Of a DNA stretch of 64,000 nt, positions 8,651 through 18,199 are shown piece by piece (position 1 is the stretch's first letter; each line of letters begins with the position of its first letter). The notes beneath the pieces are model-generated. The model was not told where the DNA came from, ran no database searches, and saw only the letters and a list, made by a program, of their open reading frames with translations. The stretch is taken from positions 608,001 to 672,000 of the forward strand of contig OY969934.1 of NCBI GenBank assembly GCA_963704725.1, given 5' to 3'. The DNA is from an uncultured Actinomycetes bacterium. Lineage in GTDB: Bacteria > Actinomycetota > UBA4738 > HRBIN12. A program made the position numbers and the translations under genes.

Positions 8651-8716
8651 GTCCTTGCCACGGCGGGGCTAGGGTTCCGCCCGGTCGGGCCGGGCGCGAG
8701 GGGGAGGGGCGAGTTC

Positions 8717-10069
8717 GTGGTGCGCGTCGTTGAGGACGTCCGGCGGATCCGGCCGGATCGCGTCCCTCCTCACAACCTCGAGGCCGAGGAGTCGGTGCTC
8801 GGGGCCATGATGCTGTCGGCGGAGGCCATCGCCGACGTCGTCGAGATCGTCCGCCCGGCCGACTTCTATCGCGGGGCCAACGCGAAGGTCTTCGACACCC
8901 TGCGCGAGATCTACGGCCGCGGCGACCCCGTCGACGCCGTCACGGCGGTCGAGGAGCTCAAGCGCCGGACGCTCCTCGAAGAGGTCGGGGGTCACCTGTA
9001 CATCTCCGAGCTCGTGGAGCGCGTGCCCACGCCCGCCGCCGCGGCCTCGTACGCGCGGATCGTCGCGGAGACCGCGCTCCTTCGTCGGCTGATCTCGGCG
9101 GCGGGCGACATCATGGAGTTGGCCTACTCGGCCCCGGAGGAACCCGAGGCCGTGGCCGATCAGGCCGAGCAGCGGATCTACGACGTCGCGCGACACGACG
9201 AGAAGGATCAGGTCGCCTCGCTCCGCGACCTCGTCGACCAGGCCATGACCGACCTGGAGCGGATCCAGAACCGCGAGTCGGCGTTCGCCGGCGTGCCGAC
9301 GGGGTTCCGCGACGTCGACTCGCTCCTGTCGGGCCTGCAGGCCGGCAACCTCATCGTCGTCGCCGCCCGGCCGGGCGTCGGCAAGTCCTCGTTCGTCACC
9401 AACCTGGCGCGAAACGTCGCCGTCGACGGCACGACGCCGGTGGCGATGTTCTCCCTCGAGATGTCGCGATGGGAGATCGGCATGCGCCTGCTGTGCGCCG
9501 AGGCCCGCGTGCCGTGGGACCTGATCCGCAACAAGCGGGTCGGCGCCGAGGACTGGTCGCGGATCGCCCAGGCCGCCGACGTCCTGCACGAGGCTCCGCT
9601 GTTCATCGTCGACTCGGGCAACGTGACCCTCGTCGACATCCGGGCCAAGGCGCGGCGGCTCGCCGCGCGGCCGGCGGGGCTGGGCCTCATCATCGTCGAC
9701 TACCTGCAACTGATGTCGCACACGCGTCGCGTGGACAACCGTCAGCAGGAGATCGCCGAGATCAGCCGGGGGCTCAAGATGCTCGCCAAGGAGCTCTCGA
9801 TCCCCGTGATCTCCGTCTCGCAGCTCAACCGCGATCCCGAGCGCCGGCAGGACAAGCGCCCGCAGCTCTCGGACCTCCGCGAGTCCGGCGCCATCGAGCA
9901 GGACGCGGACGTGGTCATGTTCATCCACCGCGACGACAGCGACCCTTCGAAGAAGGGGCTCGCCGACCTCATCGTGGCCAAGCACCGCAACGGCCCGACC
10001 GATACGATCCCGCTCACGTTCCTCCCGCACCTGACGCAGTTCCGGAGCTTCGCTCCGCCATCCGCGTAG
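8717..10069 (+). CDS. dnaB: Replicative DNA helicase
   Basis: PPHNLEAEESVLG, AARPGVGKS, FSLEMS, IIVDYLQL, SQLNR, LSDLRESGAIEQDAD and AKHRNGP. No intein. Confidence 0.98.
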   Translation: MVRVVEDVRRIRPDRVPPHNLEAEESVLGAMMLSAEAIADVVEIVRPADFYRGANAKVFDTLREIYGRGDPVDAVTAVEELKRRTLLEEVGGHLYISELVERVPTPAAAASYARIVAETALLRRLISAAGDIMELAYSAPEEPEAVADQAEQRIYDVARHDEKDQVASLRDLVDQAMTDLERIQNRESAFAGVPTGFRDVDSLLSGLQAGNLIVVAARPGVGKSSFVTNLARNVAVDGTTPVAMFSLEMSRWEIGMRLLCAEARVPWDLIRNKRVGAEDWSRIAQAADVLHEAPLFIVDSGNVTLVDIRAKARRLAARPAGLGLIIVDYLQLMSHTRRVDNRQQEIAEISRGLKMLAKELSIPVISVSQLNRDPERRQDKRPQLSDLRESGAIEQDADVVMFIHRDDSDPSKKGLADLIVAKHRNGPTDTIPLTFLPHLTQFRSFAPPSA

Positions 10070-10092
10070 CGGTCGCGTAGGCTGCGCGCGCC

Positions 10093-10788
10093 ATGGCGGT
10101 CGACCGGCGACGGGTGCGCGCGATCCACCGGCGCCTCGAGCGGCAGTTCGGCGAGCTGCTTCCCCCGCGCCGGAGCGACCCCCTCGCCGAGCTGATCCTC
10201 ACCGTGCTGTCCCAGCACACGAGCGACCTGAACGCCGAGCGGGCGTTCGACAGCCTCCGGCGCACCTTCCCGGGGTGGGACGAGGTGGTCCGGGCCCGGG
10301 CCGGTGCGGTGGCCGACGCGATCCGCTCCGGGGGGCTGGCGAACACCAAGGCGCCCCGGATCCAGGCGATCCTGCGCGAGGTGCGCGACCGCGAGGGCCG
10401 GTACGACCTGAGCCGGCTCCGCGAGATGGACGACCGCGAGGCCACGGGGTACCTCTCCGCCCTTCCCGGTGTGGGTCCCAAGACGGCGGCCGTGGTGCTC
10501 GCGTTCTCGCTGGGCAGAGACGCCATGCCCGTAGACACCCACGTCCATCGGGTGACGGCACGGCTCGGGTGGATCGATGCGGGGACGAACGCCGAGCGAG
10601 CCCATCGGGTGCTCGAGGAGCTCGTCCCGGCCGAGATCCGCGTCCCCATCCACGTCGGCCTGATCCGGTTGGGGCGGGAGATCTGCAGGGCGGGCCGGCC
10701 GCGGTGCGAGGTTTGCCCGCTGTTCGAGCTCTGCCCCACCGGCGTCGTCGTCCTGGGGCGGGGGGACGAGTCCGACCGTCGCCGGTGA
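10093..10788 (+). CDS. nth: Endonuclease III-family DNA glycosylase (HhH-GPD, 4Fe-4S)
   Basis: LSQHTSD, LPGVGPKTA, PVDTHV.RV and C-x6-C-x2-C-x5-C. Confidence 0.9.
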   Translation: MAVDRRRVRAIHRRLERQFGELLPPRRSDPLAELILTVLSQHTSDLNAERAFDSLRRTFPGWDEVVRARAGAVADAIRSGGLANTKAPRIQAILREVRDREGRYDLSRLREMDDREATGYLSALPGVGPKTAAVVLAFSLGRDAMPVDTHVHRVTARLGWIDAGTNAERAHRVLEELVPAEIRVPIHVGLIRLGREICRAGRPRCEVCPLFELCPTGVVVLGRGDESDRRR

Positions 10789-10825
10789 CGAACGGATCGC
10801 GACGTCGCGCGTATCCTTGCGCCGG

Positions 10826-11032
10826 ATGGCCGGCGGGTTGGCTCCGCGCGCTCGGGCTCGGGACGACGTGACCCCTCTCCTGATCGTGCTCGTCGTCCTC
10901 CTCCTGGGCCCGTGGATCCTCGAGCCCGCCACCCCGCGGGTCCGCCGCACCACCCGAGCCGTCGCCGCGAGCCCCTGCCCTCCGCTCGGCGCCGCGACCA
11001 CCGCCTCGTCTCGACGAACGACCGGCCGGTAG
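10826..11032 (+). CDS. Putative small upstream ORF with a hydrophobic segment (leader peptide candidate)
   Basis: TATCCT (10812-10817) lies 8 nt before ATG 10826. Encodes ...TPLLIVLVVLLLGPW... plus a basic, Thr/Arg-rich tail and ends 63 nt before secE. Confidence 0.4.
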   Translation: MAGGLAPRARARDDVTPLLIVLVVLLLGPWILEPATPRVRRTTRAVAASPCPPLGAATTASSRRTTGR

Positions 11033-11095
11033 TCCTCGGTCGGTCCGTTCGGGGCGCGCTTCGGCCGCCCCCTTCACGAAACGAGGTGCCGAACC

Positions 11096-11305
11096 ATGGA
11101 GCCGTCCCGGCATGAACGCCGATCTCGAGCGGTTCGATTCCTCCTCGAGGTCGCCGCGGAGCTCACGAGGGTCGTGTGGCCCGCCCGCAGGGAGGTGGTC
11201 ATCCTCACGATCGTCGTGGTCGCGACGGTCGCGGTCCTCACGTCGTTCGTCTTTCTCCTCGATGCCGTGTTCGCCCGGCTCGTCCTGAGGGTCCTCGGCG
11301 GATGA
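11096..11305 (+). CDS. secE: Preprotein translocase subunit SecE (non-canonical location)
   Basis: RFLLEVAAELTRVVWPARRE...TIVV...FVFLLD..F, i.e. the SecE amphipathic helix, V.WP hinge and single TM. SD GAGGTG at 11083-11088. Confidence 0.85.
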   Translation: MEPSRHERRSRAVRFLLEVAAELTRVVWPARREVVILTIVVVATVAVLTSFVFLLDAVFARLVLRVLGG

Positions 11306-11360
11306 GCGAGTCGTCGCGGCCGCGACGGCCGGGCCGATGGCCGAGGTTATGCTGCCCGCG

Positions 11361-12362
11361 ATGGCGATCTTCCTCGGCGTGGACGGCGGCGCGAGCATCA
11401 CCCGCGCCGTCGTGGCGGACGAGGGGTATCGGACGCTCGGCGCGGGCGTCGCCGGCGGGTCGAACTGGCCGCTGGTCGGGATCTTCGCCGCCGGTCAGGC
11501 CATCAAGGATGCAGCCGAGAAGGCCCTGTCCGCGTCGGGGAAGTCCGCGGCGGACGTCGACGCCGCGTACTTCGGGCTCGCCGGGGTGGACTGGCCCTCC
11601 GACGTCGATCGCCTGGGCGGGGTGCTCTTCCAGCTCGGGCTGCGCGGCAAGACGGAGATCACCAACGACTCGTTCATCGCCCTGCGCGCCGGGACGAGTG
11701 GCCCCTCGGGCGTGGTCGTGATCGCGGGATCCGGGTCGGTCGCGGCGGGGCGGAACGCACGGGGCGAGGTCTTCCGTACTCTCGGCCTCGGGCCGGACTA
11801 CGGCGAGCTCGGCGGGGAGACCGACATCTCGGTGGCCGCGATCCGCGCCGTGGCGGTCGAGTACACGGGCCGGGGACCCAGGACCGCGCTGACCGAGCGC
11901 ATCTGCGCGGCCGCCGCGTGCCCCTCGGCCGGCGAGCTCCTGGAGCGGGTGAACCGGGGGCTCGCGAACCCCGAGGGTTTCGCCCCCGATCGATTGGCGT
12001 CCGTCGTCTTCGCCGCCGCCGAGGCCGGGGACGCGGTGGCTCGCGAGATCGCGACGCGCGCCGGCACCTCGCTCGGCGAGTCGGTGGCCCTCGTCATCCG
12101 GCGGCTCTCGATGAGCGCCGAGCCCGTCGAGGTCGTCTGCGCCGGCGAGCTCATGCAGATGGCGCACCCGGCGCTACGCGATCCGTTCGAATCCGTCACG
12201 CGCCGCGCGGCTTCGAGCGCCTCCTTCGTCACGCTCCAGACGCCGCCGGCGGCCGGCGCCGTCCTGCTGGCGATGGAGTTGGCCGGGATCTCCACCACCG
12301 AGAGCGGCCGCTCCACCCTCGGGATGACCGCGGGAACCGCCCTGCGTCAGGTGGGCGGATAG
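11361..12362 (+). CDS. BadF/BadG/BcrA/BcrD-type ATPase, N-acetylglucosamine/sugar kinase-like
   Basis: FLGVDGGAS.T, FGLAGVD, ITNDS.IAL and VVIAGSGS. TATGCT lies 7 nt before ATG 11361. Confidence 0.85.
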   Translation: MAIFLGVDGGASITRAVVADEGYRTLGAGVAGGSNWPLVGIFAAGQAIKDAAEKALSASGKSAADVDAAYFGLAGVDWPSDVDRLGGVLFQLGLRGKTEITNDSFIALRAGTSGPSGVVVIAGSGSVAAGRNARGEVFRTLGLGPDYGELGGETDISVAAIRAVAVEYTGRGPRTALTERICAAAACPSAGELLERVNRGLANPEGFAPDRLASVVFAAAEAGDAVAREIATRAGTSLGESVALVIRRLSMSAEPVEVVCAGELMQMAHPALRDPFESVTRRAASSASFVTLQTPPAAGAVLLAMELAGISTTESGRSTLGMTAGTALRQVGG

Positions 12363-12415
12363 CGCCGGTCTCCGTCCGAAGGCCGAGCCGAGCCGGGGAC
12401 GGAGGAACGAGAGAG

Positions 12416-12486
12416 AGCGGGCGAGGGGAATCGGACCCCCGTCTCGAGCTTGGGAAGCTCGCGTTCTGCCATTGAACCACGCCCGC
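12416..12486 (-). tRNA. tRNA-Gly(CCC)
   Basis: Cloverleaf GCGGGCG-TG-GTTC/GAAC-CGAGC-TTCCCAA-GCTCG-AGAC-GGGGG-TCCGATT-CCCCT-CGCCCGC-T. CCA not encoded; -10 TACACT upstream. Confidence 0.93.
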
Positions 12487-12569
12487 GCGGCCCGCTCGCC
12501 GAGGCGAGCGGATCGCCAGTGTACCGAGCGTCGCGTGGCGCCGGGAACACCTGCTAGCCTCCGGGCCCG

Positions 12570-13598
12570 ATGGCCGACGTGGACCCCGACTTCTGGCCGC
12601 GGGCGCTCTCGAGGATCGCGGCGCACGAGGCGCTCACGGCCGACGAGTCCGCCGAGGCGATGCGGCAGGTGATGTCGGGGGAGGCCACGCCGATCCAGCT
12701 GGGCGGCCTGTTGATGGCGCTTCGCACGAAGGGCGAGACCGTCGACGAGATCGAGGGGTTCGCCCGCACGATGCTGGCGTTCGCGAACCCCGTCCGCCCG
12801 CCGTCGCCCGTCGTCGACACCTGCGGGACCGGCGGGGACCGCAGCGGCACGTTCAACATCTCGACGGTCGCGGCGATCGTCGTCGCCGGCGCCGGCGTCC
12901 CGGTGGCCAAGCACGGCAACCGCGCGGCCTCCTCGCAGTGCGGCTCGGCGGACCTGCTCGAGGCGCTCGGCGTGCGGATCGAGCTCGAGCCGGAGGGCGT
13001 CGAACGATGCCTGGCGGAGGCCGGCATCGCGTTCATGTTCGCGCCCGTGTTCCACCCGGCGATGCGCCACGCCACGCCCGTGCGCCGGGAGCTCCGCGTG
13101 CCCACGGTCTTCAACTTCCTCGGACCGCTCACGAACCCGGCGGGTCCCTACGCGCAGGTGGTGGGGGTCTCCGATCCGCGCATGGTGCCGTTGATGGCGG
13201 AGGTGTTGGCCCGGCGAGGGGTGCGCGCCCGCGTCTTCCGGGGCGCCGACGGGCTCGACGAGCTCACGACGACGGGGCCGTCGACGGTGTACGACGTCGC
13301 CGACGGGGGGGTCCGGCAGTCGACCTTTTCACCGGAGGACTTCGGGGTTTCGTCGGCCTCGCCGGAGGACCTGCTGGGCGGCGACGTCGACCGCGCCGTG
13401 GAGGTCGCGCGGTCGATCCTCGGCGGCGAGCCCGGCCCCAAGCGCGACGTGGTCCTGGTCAACGCGGCCGCGGCGCTCGAGGTCGCCGGGAGCGCGCCCT
13501 CCTTCGCCGAGGCCCTGGACCTCGCGGCCCGCTCGATCGACTCCGGCGCGGCCGCTGCGACCCTGCACCGATGGATCGCGGTCTCGCGGACCGGGTAG
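12570..13598 (+). CDS. trpD: Anthranilate phosphoribosyltransferase
   Basis: DTCGTGGD, FNIST, KHGNRA.SS.CGSAD.LE, NFLGPL.NP and DGLDE. Confidence 0.96.
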   Translation: MADVDPDFWPRALSRIAAHEALTADESAEAMRQVMSGEATPIQLGGLLMALRTKGETVDEIEGFARTMLAFANPVRPPSPVVDTCGTGGDRSGTFNISTVAAIVVAGAGVPVAKHGNRAASSQCGSADLLEALGVRIELEPEGVERCLAEAGIAFMFAPVFHPAMRHATPVRRELRVPTVFNFLGPLTNPAGPYAQVVGVSDPRMVPLMAEVLARRGVRARVFRGADGLDELTTTGPSTVYDVADGGVRQSTFSPEDFGVSSASPEDLLGGDVDRAVEVARSILGGEPGPKRDVVLVNAAAALEVAGSAPSFAEALDLAARSIDSGAAAATLHRWIAVSRTG

Positions 13599-13610
13599 CA
13601 TCGCCCGGCG

Positions 13611-14189
13611 ATGATCCTGTCGGACGTCGACATCCGCAAGGAGCTCGCCGCGGGGCGGATCCGGATCGATCCCTTCGACGAGACGTGCGTGCAGCCGTCC
13701 TCGGTCGACCTCCACGTCGATTCGCAGTTCCGCGTGTTCGCGAACTCGCGCTACCCGTACATCGACGTCCGCGCGCCGATGCCCGATCTCACCGAGCTCG
13801 TCGAGGTGAGCGGCGAGGACCCGTTCATCCTGCACCCCGGGGAGTTCGTCCTGGGCTCAACCCGCGAGCGGGTGGCGGTCCCGGACGACCTGGTGGCGAG
13901 GCTGGAGGGCAAGTCGTCGCTCGGGCGGCTCGGGCTGCTGATCCACTCGACCGCCGGCTACGTCGACCCGGGGTGGGACGGCTACCTCACGCTCGAGCTC
14001 TCGAACGTGGCCAACCTGCCGATCACGATCTACGCGGGCATGAAGATCGGACAGATCTCGTTCTTCCGCCTGTCGAGCCCGGCGGAGAACCCGTACGGCT
14101 CCACGGAGACGGGGAGCAAGTACCAGGGTCAGCGCGGGCCGACGGCCAGCCGGTTCTTCGAGGAGTTCCGGCGGCCCGGCGAGGGCTAA
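13611..14189 (+). CDS. dcd: dCTP deaminase
   Basis: [39 protein letters not shown] and KYQGQ.GPT.SR. Confidence 0.97.
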   Translation: MILSDVDIRKELAAGRIRIDPFDETCVQPSSVDLHVDSQFRVFANSRYPYIDVRAPMPDLTELVEVSGEDPFILHPGEFVLGSTRERVAVPDDLVARLEGKSSLGRLGLLIHSTAGYVDPGWDGYLTLELSNVANLPITIYAGMKIGQISFFRLSSPAENPYGSTETGSKYQGQRGPTASRFFEEFRRPGEG

Positions 14190-17100
14190 CCGTCGTTCAG
14201 ACGGGACAGCGCGTCCTGCGCCGCTGCGACGACGCCGGGGATCGGATCGCGGAGCAGCCCCATCAGCGCCTCGCGGGCGTTCGGGTCGCCCACCTCCGCG
14301 AGGAGCTGGGCGGACCGGGCTCGGATCCGCTCGTCGGGGTCGGACACCGATCGCAGCAGGGCGTTGACGGCGGCCGGTCCTCCGATCGCGCCGAGCGCCT
14401 CGACCCCTCGCAACCGCCGCTCGGGCTCGACCGCGTCGAGCCGGGAGAGGAACTCGTCGGGCTGAGAGATCCGCTGGAGCAGGTCGCCGACCGTGGGGAC
14501 CACGGCCGGGTTGTGCTGCATGAGGACGTCGATCAACAGCTCGACCGCGGGCGGCCCGATCCGCGTGAGCAGGTCGGTGGCCGCCTCGCGCAGCCTCGGG
14601 ACGGCCAGCACGCCGGCCAGCCGTCGTGCCACGGCCGGTGAGCTCCACTCGGTGAGCACGTGGCTCGTGACGTCCCGCACCCGCGGGTCGGGGTCGTTCA
14701 GGGCCGAGACCAGGAAGCCCAGCACCGCCTCGTCGTCGATCACGCCGAGGGCGCGAACGACCCCGATCCGAACCTCCGGGTCCGGATCGCCGAGCGCCTT
14801 GCCGAGCGCGTTGGCCGCGGCCGGGTCGTGGAGCCGGCCGAGCGCGACCGTCGCCGTGCGCCGGACCTGCGCCGCGGGATCGCCCAACGCCTGGATCGCG
14901 CCCTCGACGCAGCCGGGGCTCGCTCCCCACCCGCAGACCTCGACGGCGAGGATCCGTTCCTCCAGCTCGGGGGAGCGGAGCCGCTCGAGCGCGATCTGGG
15001 TGAGCGAGCCGCTCCGGACCCGCTCGAACGAGGCGATGATGTCGCCGCGCCCGGAGTCCGGGGCCCGCCGGAGCGCGGACCAGATGAGCTCGGGATCGGC
15101 GGCCCGCCCGGCCAGACGCTTCGACGCGGCCAGGCGTACCCGGTCGTCCTGATCCGAGAGTGAGGACGTGAGCGCGTCGATCGCCTCAGGGCCGTCGACG
15201 TCGGGCAGCGTCTCGATCGCGGTCGCGCGGACCTCGGGATCGGGATCGGACAGCGCCCGCACGATGACGGCCGCGGGGGGAGCGGTCGTGAGCTGGGAGA
15301 GCACGCGGACCGCCCGGGCCCGGACCACCGGCGAGACGTCGGTCTCGAGGGAGATCCGCACGACGTCCACGGCGGAGGGGTCCCCCGACTCGGCGAAGAC
15401 GTCCAGGATCGCCTGGCGCATGGGGGCCGACGGATCGTCCAGGTAGGGCCGCAGGTGCGGGAGGACCGGCGGGCCGCCGATCTGCCACAGCATCCGGATG
15501 GCCTCCGGCTGGGACGTCGGATGGACCTGGGGGAGCAGGGCGGCGAGCTGATCGGGCGGCATGACGAAGGACCTCAGGGCGTCGACGAGGCTGTGACGCG
15601 CGTCGACGGGGAGCACGGCCGCGGCGTCGAGGATGTCGGCGGCGCCCTCGACCAGGCGAAGCTGGTAGGCCGTCGAGGCGGCGAGCGAGAGCTGCCCCGC
15701 GTCGCCGGTGCCGATCGCGTCGCGTACCCAGGACGCGAGCGCGGCGCGGTCCATGCCGGCCAGCCCCGAGAGCGCCAGGTGGCGAACGGTCGCGTCGTCG
15801 TCGAGCAGCGCGCGCGCGAGCGAGGCGATCCGGTCGGTGCCGTCGTCGAGCTGGGGGGACTCGCCCAGCGGGATCCGCTCCCGCGCCGACTCGGCCTGAA
15901 GGAGCTCCTCGACCGCGGCGGTGGCCACCTCGCGGATCTCCTCGAGGGGATCTCCGTTGTGGGTGGCCAGCTCGCGGAGCACGTCCGGCGAGCGATCGTG
16001 CGAGAGCAGCCGGATCGCGCCGAGGCGGGGGACGTCCGGCCACGAGAGCGCGTCGAGGACGCGGTGCGACCCGAGCGCCAGCGCGAGCTGTCCCATGGCG
16101 GGACGCTCCTCCGGCAGCGGGCCGGGGTCGAGGTCGCCGACCGCCGCCAGCACGCGGCGCATCGCGTCGTCATCGACCGTCGACGCCGAGGTCACCTCGG
16201 GCAGCAGACGAAGGACCGCGCGGTGGGTGAGCGGCCAGTCACGGGCCACGAGCAGCGGCGCGATCTGGGCGACCTGGCCACGCTTGGCCGCGAGCTCGAC
16301 CGCGACCTCGCGCACCTCGTCGGTGGGGTCCTGCAGGGCCTGGCGGATCGCATCCTCCTGGACGCGGTCGGGGCGGCGGGCGAGCGTCTGCAGCGCCAGC
16401 CGACGGATGTCGGTCTCGGGATCGAGCAGCACGGCCTCGATCCGGTGCGTGTCGGCCTCGGACAGGTCGTGGGTCGCCAGCTCCTCGAGCGCGACCCGAC
16501 GCTCGTGCGGATCCGTGGAGACGAGGGAGGGAGCCGGCGGCTCGACGTCGACGGGAGCCTCGGCGGCCGGCTCGGGCTCGGCCGGCGGATGCGCCGGCAT
16601 CTCGAACGAGGGGGCCTGCTCGAAGCTCCCCGGATCCGCGTCGCCGAACGACGGAGCTTCGTCCTGCGGAACCGAGGCCTCGACACGATCCTCCGGGTGC
16701 GATCCCTCCTGGAGCCAGGACGCAGGGAGCTCGGCCGTGGGGTCGGCCACCTCGGGCGGAGCCTCCCGCGGCTCGAGGACCTCATCGAGGTCGCCCGGCG
16801 GCGCGAGCTCGGGGAGGTCGGCGAGCTCGGCATGCTCCGGCTCGACATCCCCGATCGTCTGGGACTGCTCGAACGGCTCCCCGGGCCGGTGCGTCTCGGC
16901 CTGCTCGAAGGCCGGGATCTCGTCGAGGTCGCGGCGCTCGGGCTCGACCTCGGCGGCGCCGTGCGTCTCCTCCAGGGGCGGTCCGGCGGGCACGCCCTCC
17001 TCGACGGGCGGAACCACGTGCAACCGGGGCGCGAGGTCGCCCTCGAACGGCGCGGCCGCGAACCGATCCTGCGGTGTGACGTCCGGTTCGCGCTCGTCCC

Positions 17101-17404
17101 GCTCGGGGCGATCCTCCTGGTGCTCCCATGGCTGCGGCGTGTCGGCCGCTTCCACGGCGGCGGCCTCGGCCTCCAGCGGTGCCGGCTCCTCGGGCTCGGG
17201 CTCCTGCCTCTCCTCGAGCTCCTCCTCCGGAGCGGCCAGGGGCTGCTGCCGCTCCGCGAGGGCCCGGAGGCTTCGATACCAGTCCTCTTCGTAGGCCTCG
17301 CGGTCGTCGCGTCCCGCCGACATGACGTCGGAGCCGTGCGACCTGGCGTCGTCGGTGCCGTCGGTCGAGCGAGACCCGAGCAGTCCTTGCTTGTCAGCCA
17401 TCAT
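14186..17404 (-). CDS. Large HEAT/PBS-lyase-repeat protein with an acidic Pro/Glu-rich N-terminal region
   Basis: About 300 aa of low-complexity E/P/A sequence, then many L.D.D..VR..A...L repeats (e.g. [35 protein letters not shown]). Confidence 0.88.
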   Translation of the reverse strand: MMADKQGLLGSRSTDGTDDARSHGSDVMSAGRDDREAYEEDWYRSLRALAERQQPLAAPEEELEERQEPEPEEPAPLEAEAAAVEAADTPQPWEHQEDRPERDEREPDVTPQDRFAAAPFEGDLAPRLHVVPPVEEGVPAGPPLEETHGAAEVEPERRDLDEIPAFEQAETHRPGEPFEQSQTIGDVEPEHAELADLPELAPPGDLDEVLEPREAPPEVADPTAELPASWLQEGSHPEDRVEASVPQDEAPSFGDADPGSFEQAPSFEMPAHPPAEPEPAAEAPVDVEPPAPSLVSTDPHERRVALEELATHDLSEADTHRIEAVLLDPETDIRRLALQTLARRPDRVQEDAIRQALQDPTDEVREVAVELAAKRGQVAQIAPLLVARDWPLTHRAVLRLLPEVTSASTVDDDAMRRVLAAVGDLDPGPLPEERPAMGQLALALGSHRVLDALSWPDVPRLGAIRLLSHDRSPDVLRELATHNGDPLEEIREVATAAVEELLQAESARERIPLGESPQLDDGTDRIASLARALLDDDATVRHLALSGLAGMDRAALASWVRDAIGTGDAGQLSLAASTAYQLRLVEGAADILDAAAVLPVDARHSLVDALRSFVMPPDQLAALLPQVHPTSQPEAIRMLWQIGGPPVLPHLRPYLDDPSAPMRQAILDVFAESGDPSAVDVVRISLETDVSPVVRARAVRVLSQLTTAPPAAVIVRALSDPDPEVRATAIETLPDVDGPEAIDALTSSLSDQDDRVRLAASKRLAGRAADPELIWSALRRAPDSGRGDIIASFERVRSGSLTQIALERLRSPELEERILAVEVCGWGASPGCVEGAIQALGDPAAQVRRTATVALGRLHDPAAANALGKALGDPDPEVRIGVVRALGVIDDEAVLGFLVSALNDPDPRVRDVTSHVLTEWSSPAVARRLAGVLAVPRLREAATDLLTRIGPPAVELLIDVLMQHNPAVVPTVGDLLQRISQPDEFLSRLDAVEPERRLRGVEALGAIGGPAAVNALLRSVSDPDERIRARSAQLLAEVGDPNAREALMGLLRDPIPGVVAAAQDALSRLNDG

Positions 17405-17494
17405 CCGCCTCGCGGGCTCGCCGTCGCATCTCCCGAACCGATCGGAGCGCCGGCCCCCGCCGTCGCTCGCTCCCTTCCGTGACTCGCCGGCCCG

Positions 17495-18199
17495 TTATCG
17501 CCCTCTCCCCGCCGGAAGGCCGACGACGCTCCCGAGCGCCGCCGCCGTCGGTCCGATCCCCATGGAGACGGCGGCCATGGCCGCCTGTGTGCGGTTGCTG
17601 ACGCCGAGCTTGCGGAAGATCGCGGCGAGGTGCGCCTTGACGGTCTTCTCCGACAGGTACAGCGCGCGGGAGATGTCGCGGTTGCTCTTGCCCTCCGCGA
17701 GCAGCGACAGGATGTCGGTCTCGCGCTGGGTGAGCGAGCTCGTGGGCCGATGCATCGACTCGCCGGTGTCTCCGATGGAGCCGCCGTCCATCGCGTCGAA
17801 CAGGTTCTGGATCACGCGGGGCGACAGGACGTTGCCGCCGCCGGACAGCGCGACCTTGATGGCCTGCTCGAGGTCCTCCGGGGTCGCGTCCTTGAGCATG
17901 TACCCGGCGGCACCTTCGGCCAACGCGCGGCGGACGTACTGGGCATGGTCGAACGAGGTCAGCATGATGACCGGGACGTCCGCCCACCGGGCCTTCATGT
18001 CGTGCAGCAGGTCGAGCCCGTCCGAGTCGGGCATCCGGACGTCGACCAGCGCCACGTCCACGCGGGACGAGGTCATCGCGTCGAGCGCCTCCGCGGCCGT
18101 TGCCGCCTCGACGATCTCGGCGTCGGGGAAGGACTCGCGGACCACGTGACTCATGCCACGGCGCACGAGCGCGTGATCGTCGACGATGAGGATCTTCAC
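17495..18199 (-). CDS. NarL/LuxR-family response regulator
   Basis: ILIVDDHALVRRG, LVDVRMP, MLTSF, GYMLKD and LTQRE...LYLSEKTVKAHL. Confidence 0.95.
   Translation of the reverse strand: MKILIVDDHALVRRGMSHVVRESFPDAEIVEAATAAEALDAMTSSRVDVALVDVRMPDSDGLDLLHDMKARWADVPVIMLTSFDHAQYVRRALAEGAAGYMLKDATPEDLEQAIKVALSGGGNVLSPRVIQNLFDAMDGGSIGDTGESMHRPTSSLTQRETDILSLLAEGKSNRDISRALYLSEKTVKAHLAAIFRKLGVSNRTQAAMAAVSMGIGPTAAALGSVVGLPAGRGR

Noticed and set aside
8500-8716. oriC
   Set aside because: No dnaA/dnaN and no long AT-rich unwinding element. Kept only as a DnaA-box cluster.
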